From: a virus
Taxonomy: Duplodnaviria > Caudoviricetes
DNA length: 41,545 nucleotides
Reading direction: 5' to 3' (one strand)
Virus record (IMG/VR): IMGVR_UViG_3300020220_000121
Span: 1-41,545 of that record
Under the pieces are notes generated by a model that worked only from the letters and a program-made list of their open reading frames with translations, searched no databases and was not told the DNA's origin. This document shows positions 1-7,379 of this stretch, in pieces (within the stretch, counting starts at the first letter, position 1; every line of letters begins with the position of its first letter). A program made the position numbers and the translations under genes.

Positions 1-160
1 CTTCGGCTTCTGCATCTGACTCACTTGATAATTTGGAAGTAGTTATCTCATACTGCTCCGCAGGGTCTTGGGTGTTGCTTTTTTCCTTCTTACAAGCAAC
101 CATCGTTAAGGCAAGTAATCCTGTTAAAACGGCTACTTGCAGAAAAAGACTCTTTTTCAT
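1..160 (-). CDS. Bacteroidota-type lipoprotein, N-terminal part only (runs off the window edge)
   Basis: Manual translation from ATG at 160: MKKSLFLQVAVLTGLLALTMVAC-KKEKSNTQDPAEQYEITTSKLSSESDAEAE... It has a basic N-region, a hydrophobic core, lipobox MVAC and a K-K-E stretch after the Cys. Not in the ORF track. Confidence 0.8.
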   Translation of the reverse strand, partial: MKKSLFLQVAVLTGLLALTMVACKKEKSNTQDPAEQYEITTSKLSSESDAEAE

Positions 161-278
161 AGTTGAAAATTTATAGGATAACACCACGAATTTACTGTAT
201 TTGGAAGGCAAATTATTCTTTTGGTTTAATAATAGCTTTTTTTATGAGTTTTGCAACGAATGCACAAATTGATAATAA

Positions 279-875
279 CTACATAAGTAATGCATAATAC
301 TCCTCAAAGTGCTTTATACGATCATCCAGACCTATAACACCACCATTAACACATTTTGTTACAATGGTTACTACAGCATCTGTAGAACCTGCATCACACT
401 TCTTTACACAGTTCTTTTCAAAGAACCAAGCAGCGGATGCTAAGGGATATTTTGTAGCAACCAAATCTGGATTAGCTACACAGTCTTCACCAATTGAAGC
501 TGTAAAAGAAGCATAGTTAGACTTACCAGTCAGCTGAATATAACCACGACCCCTGAACTTATAACCATCTCCAGAAGCTTCGTTACCGTTACCCATACGA
601 GAAGCATATACTTTGTTAGCAATCTTTTCGGGTTTACGTGCATAAGCATCAGCTAAAGCTTGTGTAGGAAAATACTTTTTAAAAATTGCCATCAAACCTT
701 TAGATGAATAGTTTAAATTCTCTTTGGCTAATTTGAAGCCACCAGACTCATGAGCACACTGAGCTAAAAAATGAGAAAGCCGTAAAGGTGTATCTATACT
801 GTACTTACTAATAACCTCTGGGATCTGATCAATTACAAAATCCGGTAAGTGATATTTAAGACTTGATAGATCCAT
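279..875 (-). CDS. Glycoside hydrolase family 19 endolysin
   Basis: Motifs HFLAQCAHESGGF, ENLNYS, FRGRGYIQLTGKSNY and VNGG..GL.DR. The probable start is ATG at 875 (MDLSSLK, 198 aa) rather than TTG at 932. Confidence 0.92.
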   Translation of the reverse strand: MDLSSLKYHLPDFVIDQIPEVISKYSIDTPLRLSHFLAQCAHESGGFKLAKENLNYSSKGLMAIFKKYFPTQALADAYARKPEKIANKVYASRMGNGNEASGDGYKFRGRGYIQLTGKSNYASFTASIGEDCVANPDLVATKYPLASAAWFFEKNCVKKCDAGSTDAVVTIVTKCVNGGVIGLDDRIKHFEEYYALLM

Positions 876-1005
876 CCTTAGGCGGCTTAGGATAATAATA
901 CTTCTTTTTCTTCTTCTGTTTAGGAGTAACAATACTTACTTCTTCTTTCTTTTTTACTACCATCCATTTTAAAAAGTTAAGAAGTTTCTGAACAAGTGTT
1001 TTCAT
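856..1005 (-). CDS. Small, very basic hypothetical protein (49 aa)
   Basis: Manual translation: MKTLVQKLLNFLKWMVVKKKEEVSIVTPKQKKKKKYYYPKPPKDGSIKS*. It fills the gap between iscU and the endolysin and overlaps the endolysin start. Confidence 0.6.
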   Translation of the reverse strand: MKTLVQKLLNFLKWMVVKKKEEVSIVTPKQKKKKKYYYPKPPKDGSIKS

Positions 1006-1016
1006 AATATATTATT

Positions 1017-1403
1017 TTACGTTTGATGTTTTTCACGGTAATCATTTATGGCTGCCTTGATAGCATCTTCGGCCAACACAGAGCAGTGAATTTTTACGGG
1101 GGGGAGATTCAACTCTTCTACAATGGTCATGTTATCAATCTTCACTGCTTCATCCACAGACTTACCTTTCAGCCATTCTGTAGCCAGGGAAGAAGAGGCA
1201 ATAGCAGAGCCACAACCAAAAGTCTTGAACTTAGCGTCACGGATAACACCTGTAGCTTCGTCTACTTCAATTTGCAGACGCATCACATCACCACACTCAG
1301 GAGCCCCAACTAACCCTGTACCAACACTTGGACTAGATTTGTCAAGGGTACCTACATTACGTGGATTTTCGCAATGATCAAGTACTAAATTTGAATAAGA
1401 CAT
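1017..1403 (-). CDS. iscU: Fe-S cluster assembly scaffold IscU
   Basis: MSYS...DH..NPRNVG, GAPECGDVMRLQI (C37, D39), KFKTFGCGSAIAS (C64), and LPPVKIHCSVLAEDA (HscA-binding LPPVK, H106, C107). Confidence 0.96.
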   Translation of the reverse strand: MSYSNLVLDHCENPRNVGTLDKSSPSVGTGLVGAPECGDVMRLQIEVDEATGVIRDAKFKTFGCGSAIASSSLATEWLKGKSVDEAVKIDNMTIVEELNLPPVKIHCSVLAEDAIKAAINDYREKHQT

Positions 1404-1408
1404 ATTAC

Positions 1409-2044
1409 TTATTTATTCCTAGACCCAATTTTCCAGTAACTCTGGAAGCCGTAGTTTATATTACCATTGATATCAGAGCTAAGCTTAAGACCCATTATTT
1501 GGTCACGCTTGGTCTTAAGAATCAATCCTACCTCTGCTGTACTTGGTGCAAGCCTCCTATCAACATTTAAAGCACCCCCCATATATAGCTGATTTCTTTT
1601 GGGAGCCTGCTTTGTAATAGTCACTGTCTCTTTTACAACAGGAATCTCATACTTAGCATCTACCGATCTACCGGCCAGTCTATTAAACTGTACGGTATCC
1701 CTTATATAGACTCCACCTTTAAGATCCTTCAATAAAACAGTATCAGAAAATAGTGCCTTAGAAGTATGCTCTTTAACCAAAGCTTCGTATTGAAGTTTCA
1801 AAGCAGCATAATTGGTATCCGGGAGATATTCAGGAGGAAGAGTATCAGTATCGTAAATGACTTTAAGTACCGGTACCCTTTTTATAATAGTGGTATCATG
1901 TCTTTTCCATACTGTATCTATTACTCTTACTGTATCAATCCTGGGTTTATCAAAAAAGCCAAATCCATTATTACATCCAAGTCTAGATATCAAAAATAGT
2001 CCGACAATTACTAAAAGAACAATAACATACTTATTAAACTTCAC
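1409..2044 (-). CDS. Membrane-anchored lysis-cassette protein, spanin-like candidate
   Basis: N-terminal hydrophobic helix ending in LGC (possible lipobox), DTV-rich extended region, short coiled coil, and C-terminal amphipathic beta strands ending YWKI. It lies between the holin-like genes and the endolysin. Confidence 0.5.
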   Translation of the reverse strand: MKFNKYVIVLLVIVGLFLISRLGCNNGFGFFDKPRIDTVRVIDTVWKRHDTTIIKRVPVLKVIYDTDTLPPEYLPDTNYAALKLQYEALVKEHTSKALFSDTVLLKDLKGGVYIRDTVQFNRLAGRSVDAKYEIPVVKETVTITKQAPKRNQLYMGGALNVDRRLAPSTAEVGLILKTKRDQIMGLKLSSDINGNINYGFQSYWKIGSRNK

Positions 2045-2282
2045 CTTCTTTCTTTTTCGTACCGGAGAATTTATCTATACTGTCTGCACCAATACCCACA
2101 CAGGTTATGACCAGAACAGCGTTTACAAGAGCGTCTGACGGCTTAATACTATCATGATTGAAAGAATTGATAATAAGTGTTATACATAAAAAAGCAGCCC
2201 CCATAAACCCAACAACTGGCTTTATGGAGGTAGAGTTACGCTCATCCTTAAAAAGTTCAATGAACCATTCTTTAAATGTCAT
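2034..2282 (-). CDS. Holin-like protein (2 transmembrane segments)
   Basis: Two hydrophobic segments (PVVGFMGAAFLCITLII; ALVNAVLVITCVGIG), a charged C-terminal tail (TKKKEGEV) and lysis-cassette context. Confidence 0.6.
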   Translation of the reverse strand: MTFKEWFIELFKDERNSTSIKPVVGFMGAAFLCITLIINSFNHDSIKPSDALVNAVLVITCVGIGADSIDKFSGTKKKEGEV

Positions 2283-2580
2283 AAAAATATATTTTTTTGG
2301 GTTTAAGTCTTGACTTATTATCAGGCATTACTGCATACATATCATTGGTACTCAGCGGTTTATCTTCAGAATTCCGGGATGAACTAGTCGATCTATCACC
2401 ATATACTTCTCTTTCCAGATTATCTATACGGGTCTTATCTATATTAGATTGAGCCATAAGAAGCTTAATATCAGATCTAATTTCGTTAACACCATTCCAA
2501 ATCATCAAGCTAATAACGGATACTAATCCTGGAAATATCCAAACTTTAAATGCTACTAGTGCGGGGTTATCCTTAATCAT
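2272..2580 (-). CDS. Single-pass membrane protein with coiled coil (holin/antiholin-like)
   Basis: Hydrophobic segment VWIFPGLVSVISLMIW followed by a heptad-like region (EIRSDIKLL...RIDNLER). It overlaps the next gene. Confidence 0.5.
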   Translation of the reverse strand: MIKDNPALVAFKVWIFPGLVSVISLMIWNGVNEIRSDIKLLMAQSNIDKTRIDNLEREVYGDRSTSSSRNSEDKPLSTNDMYAVMPDNKSRLKPKKIYFYDI

Positions 2581-2582
2581 CT

Positions 2583-2855
2583 CTAACTAGCTTTTACAAG
2601 TTTAAACTCATATACATCCCCTTTTGGCTTTTGCAAGCTGATAATCAATGAGTTAGGGATGATATTTCCTTTCTTGTCTTTCCGTATAAAATAACGAAGT
2701 TTGCCAGGGTGATATACAACTACCTGACCAGCACCTGCAACTACGTCAGCGGCAGGAATCTCAAGTAGATTAGCAGGCACCTTAGAGCCACTCATCATTG
2801 TACCGGGAATAGGCCAGCCCAAAGCGTCTTTTTGAGCATAAAATTTCTTAGCCAT
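2583..2855 (-). CDS. Hypothetical protein
   Basis: 90-aa ORF, first gene of the minus-strand operon. It has two loosely similar halves (FYAQKDALGWPIPGTMM / YFIRKDKKGNIIPNSLI). Confidence 0.7.
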   Translation of the reverse strand: MAKKFYAQKDALGWPIPGTMMSGSKVPANLLEIPAADVVAGAGQVVVYHPGKLRYFIRKDKKGNIIPNSLIISLQKPKGDVYEFKLVKAS

Positions 2856-2941
2856 TGTATAAAGATTTATAAACTTACAATATGTAGAGGCTGTATAAGC
2901 CCTACAATATAATATACGAAGAATTTTTTAAATAAATCACC

Positions 2942-2949
2942 TATATTTG
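2942..2949 (+). promoter_or_regulatory. Bacteroidota primary-sigma -7 box (TAnnTTTG)
   Basis: TATATTTG(TA), 21 nt upstream of the ATG at 2971, in the divergent intergenic region. Confidence 0.7.
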
Positions 2950-2970
2950 TAAACCAAACTACCAAAATTT

Positions 2971-3459
2971 ATGGACGGTATAAACTACAATTTTCAGCTA
3001 GAACGTAAACTTATAGATCAATTTAAACAGTCCTTCTTTGAAAAAATAGGGTATTACCCTACAGTTATTACCAAGGTACATGCCCTACCTAAGCTAAGTC
3101 TTAACACATTAGAAAGTCATTTTACCCAATTTTTACCTGTAAGATATCAACGAACAGTTAAACTTAAAAGCAAACATCGGTATAGGGAAATAGTTGAAAT
3201 TAGAATGATATACTGTACCCTAGCAAGGCAAATGGGTTATAGTTTTATTGAGATTGGTAAATACTTAGATAATAAAGACCATACTACAATAATGCATAAC
3301 ATCAAATCCTTTAAAAATCTTATGCAAACCTGCAATGTTTTTAGAAATAAGTACAACACAATCTTCAACTATATAAAAAACTATTACAACCATGAGTCAT
3401 CAACTATGGACAACATTGATCAAGTACAACATCAGTCCGAATCAGTTATACTTCCTTGA
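2971..3459 (+). CDS. Protein with DnaA C-terminal (domain IV) HTH
   Basis: KHRYREIVEIRMIYCTLARQMGYSFIEIGKYLDNKDHTTIMHNIK matches the DnaA domain IV pattern R..IV..R...Y.....S...IG.....DHTTV.H. There is no AAA+ domain. Confidence 0.75.
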   Translation: MDGINYNFQLERKLIDQFKQSFFEKIGYYPTVITKVHALPKLSLNTLESHFTQFLPVRYQRTVKLKSKHRYREIVEIRMIYCTLARQMGYSFIEIGKYLDNKDHTTIMHNIKSFKNLMQTCNVFRNKYNTIFNYIKNYYNHESSTMDNIDQVQHQSESVILP

Positions 3460-3970
3460 TAGCTGTAGAAATAAAATTAAACCTAGTCAAATTATTGACA
3501 CAGAACAAGAACGCCAAGCTGCTATCAATAGAGGGCATATTGATCAAGATAGTAAACTAAGCACAGGAGCAGTATTTATCCTAGATGAATTTGAAACACT
3601 ACTTGTAAAGACAAAAAAGAAAGTAGTGTCTGATATACTGGGAGTCAACGCATTAGACTCAATTAAGATATATAGAGAAATGTTTCCCACCATTAAGCTC
3701 CCCAGTGGAGAATATGCTAGACAAAATATTCAAGAACTAAAAGACAAGTTTGTCTGGTTTTTCAAAACTTATCCAGAATTTACCTGGGAAATAGTACTGG
3801 ATGCCACAGATTACTATGTCTATAATAAACAAAAGGAAGGCTACTTGTACATGATGACCAGCTCATACTTTATACAGAAGACAGACCCCAGAACTAAAAT
3901 TAGCAGGTCTTCTTTGGCTGATCTATGTCAGAATATAATTGACAACCCAGACATTCTGAAAACTCCATAA
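3392..3970 (+). CDS. Hypothetical replication-module protein (possible initiator or helicase loader)
   Basis: 192-aa ORF between the DnaA-like gene and DnaB. The function is inferred from position only. Confidence 0.55.
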   Translation: MSHQLWTTLIKYNISPNQLYFLDSCRNKIKPSQIIDTEQERQAAINRGHIDQDSKLSTGAVFILDEFETLLVKTKKKVVSDILGVNALDSIKIYREMFPTIKLPSGEYARQNIQELKDKFVWFFKTYPEFTWEIVLDATDYYVYNKQKEGYLYMMTSSYFIQKTDPRTKISRSSLADLCQNIIDNPDILKTP

Positions 3971-3996
3971 AAATTATATTTCAACACGTAAACTTT

Positions 3997-4028
3997 TTTG
4001 GTTTTTTACATTTTTAGTTTTATATTTA
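3997..4028 (+). promoter_or_regulatory. Bacteroidota promoter (-33 TTTG, -7 variant)
   Basis: TTTG at 3997-4000, a 20-nt spacer, then TATATTTA at 4021-4028, upstream of the ATG at 4050. Confidence 0.55.
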
Positions 4029-4049
4029 CACTTATAAAATACATTTAAC

Positions 4050-4265
4050 ATGACAACAGTTTCTTTCAAAGAAGAGTTAAAAGAACTTTTCAGTCAACTT
4101 CCATCTGCTAGAATTATAAAAAATGATGATGAACTTAAACTTGTTAATTATACTATTCTTGAAGCCATCGTTAGTAAGATGATGAATAAAGCTTATTACA
4201 AAGGAAGAGAAGAAAGTCTTGATAAAATGGAAAGCATGGTCAATAATATCTTTCTATTAAAATAA
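4050..4265 (+). CDS. Hypothetical protein
   Basis: 71-aa ORF that fits the operon, with an AT-rich leader. Confidence 0.7.
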   Translation: MTTVSFKEELKELFSQLPSARIIKNDDELKLVNYTILEAIVSKMMNKAYYKGREESLDKMESMVNNIFLLK

Positions 4266-4280
4266 TTCATACATGAATAT

Positions 4281-5339
4281 ATGGAAACAGCAGAAGAAAA
4301 ATATGGCTGTAAAAGTTATGTTAGAGTTCTAGAAGATGGTCTAACATATATAGAGAAAAGAATGAAAGGTGAGATTAAATCTTTAAAGACACCTTGGCCT
4401 GGTTTCAATGAAGCTGGAGTAGGAGGACTTGAATGGGGATCTATGCTCACAATAGGTGCACGTCCAGGTGCAGGAAAAACTATGTTAGCATCTCAAATAA
4501 TAAGAGAATCTCATGGTCTTAATCCTGATCAGAAATTTAATATTATTGAATTTCAATTTGAAATGGGTTCAGATCAATATGCAGCACGTCAGTTTGCAGC
4601 TGAGGTTGCTGAAGAATACGGAGTAATATTAAGTACAAAAAAATCACTAGATAGCTTTGTTCATGAAAGAGTTAAACGGTATATAGAAGAAAGTAAATAT
4701 CTTTTTTCTAAGGGAATCAGTAGAGATATGTTTCCCAGATCTCTTAATCATAAAGAGATAGAAGATGCTATAAAGATTAAGTATATGGATGGTGGACGTA
4801 AGCCTATGATTGTAACAATAGACCATAGTTGGCTCATAAAGAAAACAAGTTCTGAAAAAGATAAGTTTGATGTTCTTTATGATACGACAGAAATGCTTAT
4901 GAAACTAAAGAATGAAATTCCTATTACAGTAATTATGGTTACTCAACTAAACAGATCTCTTGATGAAGCTACACGTAAAACACCAGGATCTATAGTAAAC
5001 TATCCTACTAGCTCTGATATATTTGGAGGAGATGCTTTAATGCAGGGATCTGATATGGTTGTAGCAATTACAAGACCATTCAAATCAGACATTCGTTCCT
5101 ACGGTCCATATGCTTACGAAGTAACTAAAGACGACGTATTTATGCACCTTCTTAAAGTACGTAATGGTGATGACCAGAAAAACCTAATCTTCCTTAAAAT
5201 GGATGGTAAACACCAACGTATGATAGAAGTACCAGAATTCGTATCTACAAGACCAGATGGAACATACTTACGCTATTCACAAAGGACAGGAGGAAACGGA
5301 ACAAGAACAACCTCTGCACCTATTGGCAGTGAATTATAA
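4281..5339 (+). CDS. dnaB: DnaB-like replicative helicase (SF4)
   Basis: Walker A GARPGAGKT, FQFEM, Walker B IVTIDH, TQLNR and LLKVRNG. Confidence 0.9.
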   Translation: METAEEKYGCKSYVRVLEDGLTYIEKRMKGEIKSLKTPWPGFNEAGVGGLEWGSMLTIGARPGAGKTMLASQIIRESHGLNPDQKFNIIEFQFEMGSDQYAARQFAAEVAEEYGVILSTKKSLDSFVHERVKRYIEESKYLFSKGISRDMFPRSLNHKEIEDAIKIKYMDGGRKPMIVTIDHSWLIKKTSSEKDKFDVLYDTTEMLMKLKNEIPITVIMVTQLNRSLDEATRKTPGSIVNYPTSSDIFGGDALMQGSDMVVAITRPFKSDIRSYGPYAYEVTKDDVFMHLLKVRNGDDQKNLIFLKMDGKHQRMIEVPEFVSTRPDGTYLRYSQRTGGNGTRTTSAPIGSEL

Positions 5340-5350
5340 AATAAAATTAT

Positions 5351-5923
5351 ATGTTTAACACAACAAATCAATCAGCAAGTCAAGATGATATTAAAGAATT
5401 TAAGAAACAGAAACTTGAAGAAATCAGAGACTATCATCAATCACTAATTAACAACCTTGGTATTACTAGAACAGACTTCAATATGAAGATGCCGTTCTAT
5501 GATAAACAAGCAAGATTGGTCGTTGGAATCTTTGCATCCGAGTTTAAAAAAGAAAAAGGTTTCTATTTTGAACTAATAACTCGTGACTTAGAACCAGCAG
5601 ATACTGATCGTACCGTATATCGTATACCATATAACTCTTCATTTGAAGATGAATATGAAATTAATGAAAAAGGTTCTTATCTAGTACCATTAGAAGAACT
5701 ACGATCCATTGATGCACAAAGTGTTGCTATCAGTGGTGAGAAAGCTTTAATGGAAACAATTAAGCCAAATATAAAAACAGTAACAGCATATAAAGCACCA
5801 TCCCCAATGGAAGATGCCCCATATAGTGAAATGACCATCCGCGATTTTATGGCTATCACCATTGGTAAACCAATCAGTGCTAAAGTATGGCTTAATGAAC
5901 TTATAAAATCAACATCCAAATAA
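5351..5923 (+). CDS. Hypothetical phage protein
   Basis: 190-aa ORF tightly packed between the helicase and the ATPase. Confidence 0.75.
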   Translation: MFNTTNQSASQDDIKEFKKQKLEEIRDYHQSLINNLGITRTDFNMKMPFYDKQARLVVGIFASEFKKEKGFYFELITRDLEPADTDRTVYRIPYNSSFEDEYEINEKGSYLVPLEELRSIDAQSVAISGEKALMETIKPNIKTVTAYKAPSPMEDAPYSEMTIRDFMAITIGKPISAKVWLNELIKSTSK

Positions 5924-5924
5924 C

Positions 5925-6608
5925 ATGGCACAGAGTATTCTAGTAATTGCAGAGTCAGGTACCGGTAAGTCTACCAGTATTGAAAAATTAGACTCAAAGG
6001 AAACATTCATTATCAACGTGGCCAATAAGCCCCTGCCTTTTAAAGGTTGGAAAAATAGGTATACCTTGTGGAGTAAAGATAACCCGACTGGTAATATATA
6101 CACAGGATCTTCAGCCCAACAGATAGAAGCATGCCTTAGTTACGTGAACTCCAAGCGTCCTGAAATTAAGATTATTGTTATTGACGACTTTCAGTACATG
6201 TCAAGCTTTGAGTTCTTTGACAGATGTGATGAAAAGGGCTATGAAAAGTTTACCCAGATAGGTGCTAATCTTGCCCGTATTGCACGTATGCCTAAAGATC
6301 TCAGAGGTGATCTTATCATCTTTTTCCTTACACATGCTGAGGAATCAACTGACTTAGAAGGTAAGCGTAAGTTCAAAGCAAAGACCATCGGCCGTATGGT
6401 TGATGAAAAGCTTAGCTTAGAAGGTTTATTCTCTATAGTCCTTTTTGGTAAAGTAAAAAAAGATAAAGATGGTAATCTCCGCTATGTATTTGAAACTCAA
6501 AACAATGGAGAAAATACGTGTAAAAGTCCAAGAGGTATGTTTGATAGTTTCGAGATAACCAATGACTTAGAACTAGTTAAAAAGTCTATATATAAATATG
6601 AAAGTTAA
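5925..6608 (+). CDS. AAA-family ATPase (AAA_24 / Sak4-like)
   Basis: N-terminal Walker A AESGTGKSTS, Walker B IIVIDD, FLTH, and CKSPRGMF near the C-terminus. It precedes an SSB-like gene. Confidence 0.8.
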   Translation: MAQSILVIAESGTGKSTSIEKLDSKETFIINVANKPLPFKGWKNRYTLWSKDNPTGNIYTGSSAQQIEACLSYVNSKRPEIKIIVIDDFQYMSSFEFFDRCDEKGYEKFTQIGANLARIARMPKDLRGDLIIFFLTHAEESTDLEGKRKFKAKTIGRMVDEKLSLEGLFSIVLFGKVKKDKDGNLRYVFETQNNGENTCKSPRGMFDSFEITNDLELVKKSIYKYES

Positions 6609-6641
6609 TTCCTTATTTTTTAAACATCAAAAACACAACGT

Positions 6642-7253
6642 ATGTTCAGTACAAATGGACAGGAAGTAAAACAAGGTGGCGGTTCTTCCAAGTCATTCAA
6701 CCCGGGAGTAGCTTATGCTCACATTAACAGTGGTCAACTGCGTACATCTAACAAAGGAGACAAGAAAACCCTGGAACTTTATCTAGAGGGACCAGCTCTT
6801 GAGAACTTTGAAGGATGGCCAATAGACAGGGACAATCCCGAAGGACCTAAACATAAAGGTCAGACAGCTCGTGTTGGAGCTACCATGTGGACAGATGAGT
6901 TTGGTAATACAAATGTATCTCGTAATGAGATCATGTATAAGCTTACCATTATTGCCATAGAATTAGGTCTTAAGAATGAACTAGATGCAATTCAAGCTAA
7001 AACCATTGAAGAATGGGTTAAAGAGGTAATTAATCTAGTAAAAGGCCATAATCTATACTGGTTCTTAAAAGGTACAGAAGAAGAATATAATGGTAAGACC
7101 ATTATAAAACTTTCTCTACCTAAGTACAAGTTTGTTTCTATTGACGAAACTAAGCTTGACAAGTTTGATAAGTCAAACAAGTACCATTATAAGGCACTGA
7201 CCACAAAGACTCTTAACAGTTTCGAACCAGCTACCGATGATTTTTCTATGTAG
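6642..7253 (+). CDS. Putative single-stranded DNA-binding protein
   Basis: It follows the Sak4-like ATPase, has a beta-rich body and an acidic-aromatic tail (EPATDDFSM), and is followed by a terminator. Confidence 0.55.
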   Translation: MFSTNGQEVKQGGGSSKSFNPGVAYAHINSGQLRTSNKGDKKTLELYLEGPALENFEGWPIDRDNPEGPKHKGQTARVGATMWTDEFGNTNVSRNEIMYKLTIIAIELGLKNELDAIQAKTIEEWVKEVINLVKGHNLYWFLKGTEEEYNGKTIIKLSLPKYKFVSIDETKLDKFDKSNKYHYKALTTKTLNSFEPATDDFSM

Positions 7254-7277
7254 GTTTCTCGTGGGTTATCTAACATA

Positions 7278-7306
7278 GGGGCTGGTTTCTACCAGCCCCA
7301 CTTTTT
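7278..7306 (+). terminator. Intrinsic terminator
   Basis: GGGGCTGGT-TTCT-ACCAGCCCC, a 9-bp stem followed by ACTTTTT. Confidence 0.8.
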
Positions 7307-7379
7307 CACAGAGTAAAGCTATAGCTATACTTTTTTATATATAAAGTCAAGTAATTGCTTTACACTCAATACGATTATT

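Noticed and set aside
876-932. N-terminal extension of the endolysin (MLLLNRRRKRS...) as a signal or SAR sequence
   Set aside because: It has a TTG start and overlaps a better 49-aa ORF in another frame. ATG at 875 gives a normal GH19 N-terminus.
1023-2138. Plus-strand ORFs overlapping iscU and the spanin-like gene
   Set aside because: They are antisense shadows of well-supported genes and carry no motifs.
7254-7379. tRNA or other known RNA gene in the larger intergenic gaps
   Set aside because: No cloverleaf or T-loop (GTTCRA) signature was found by eye.
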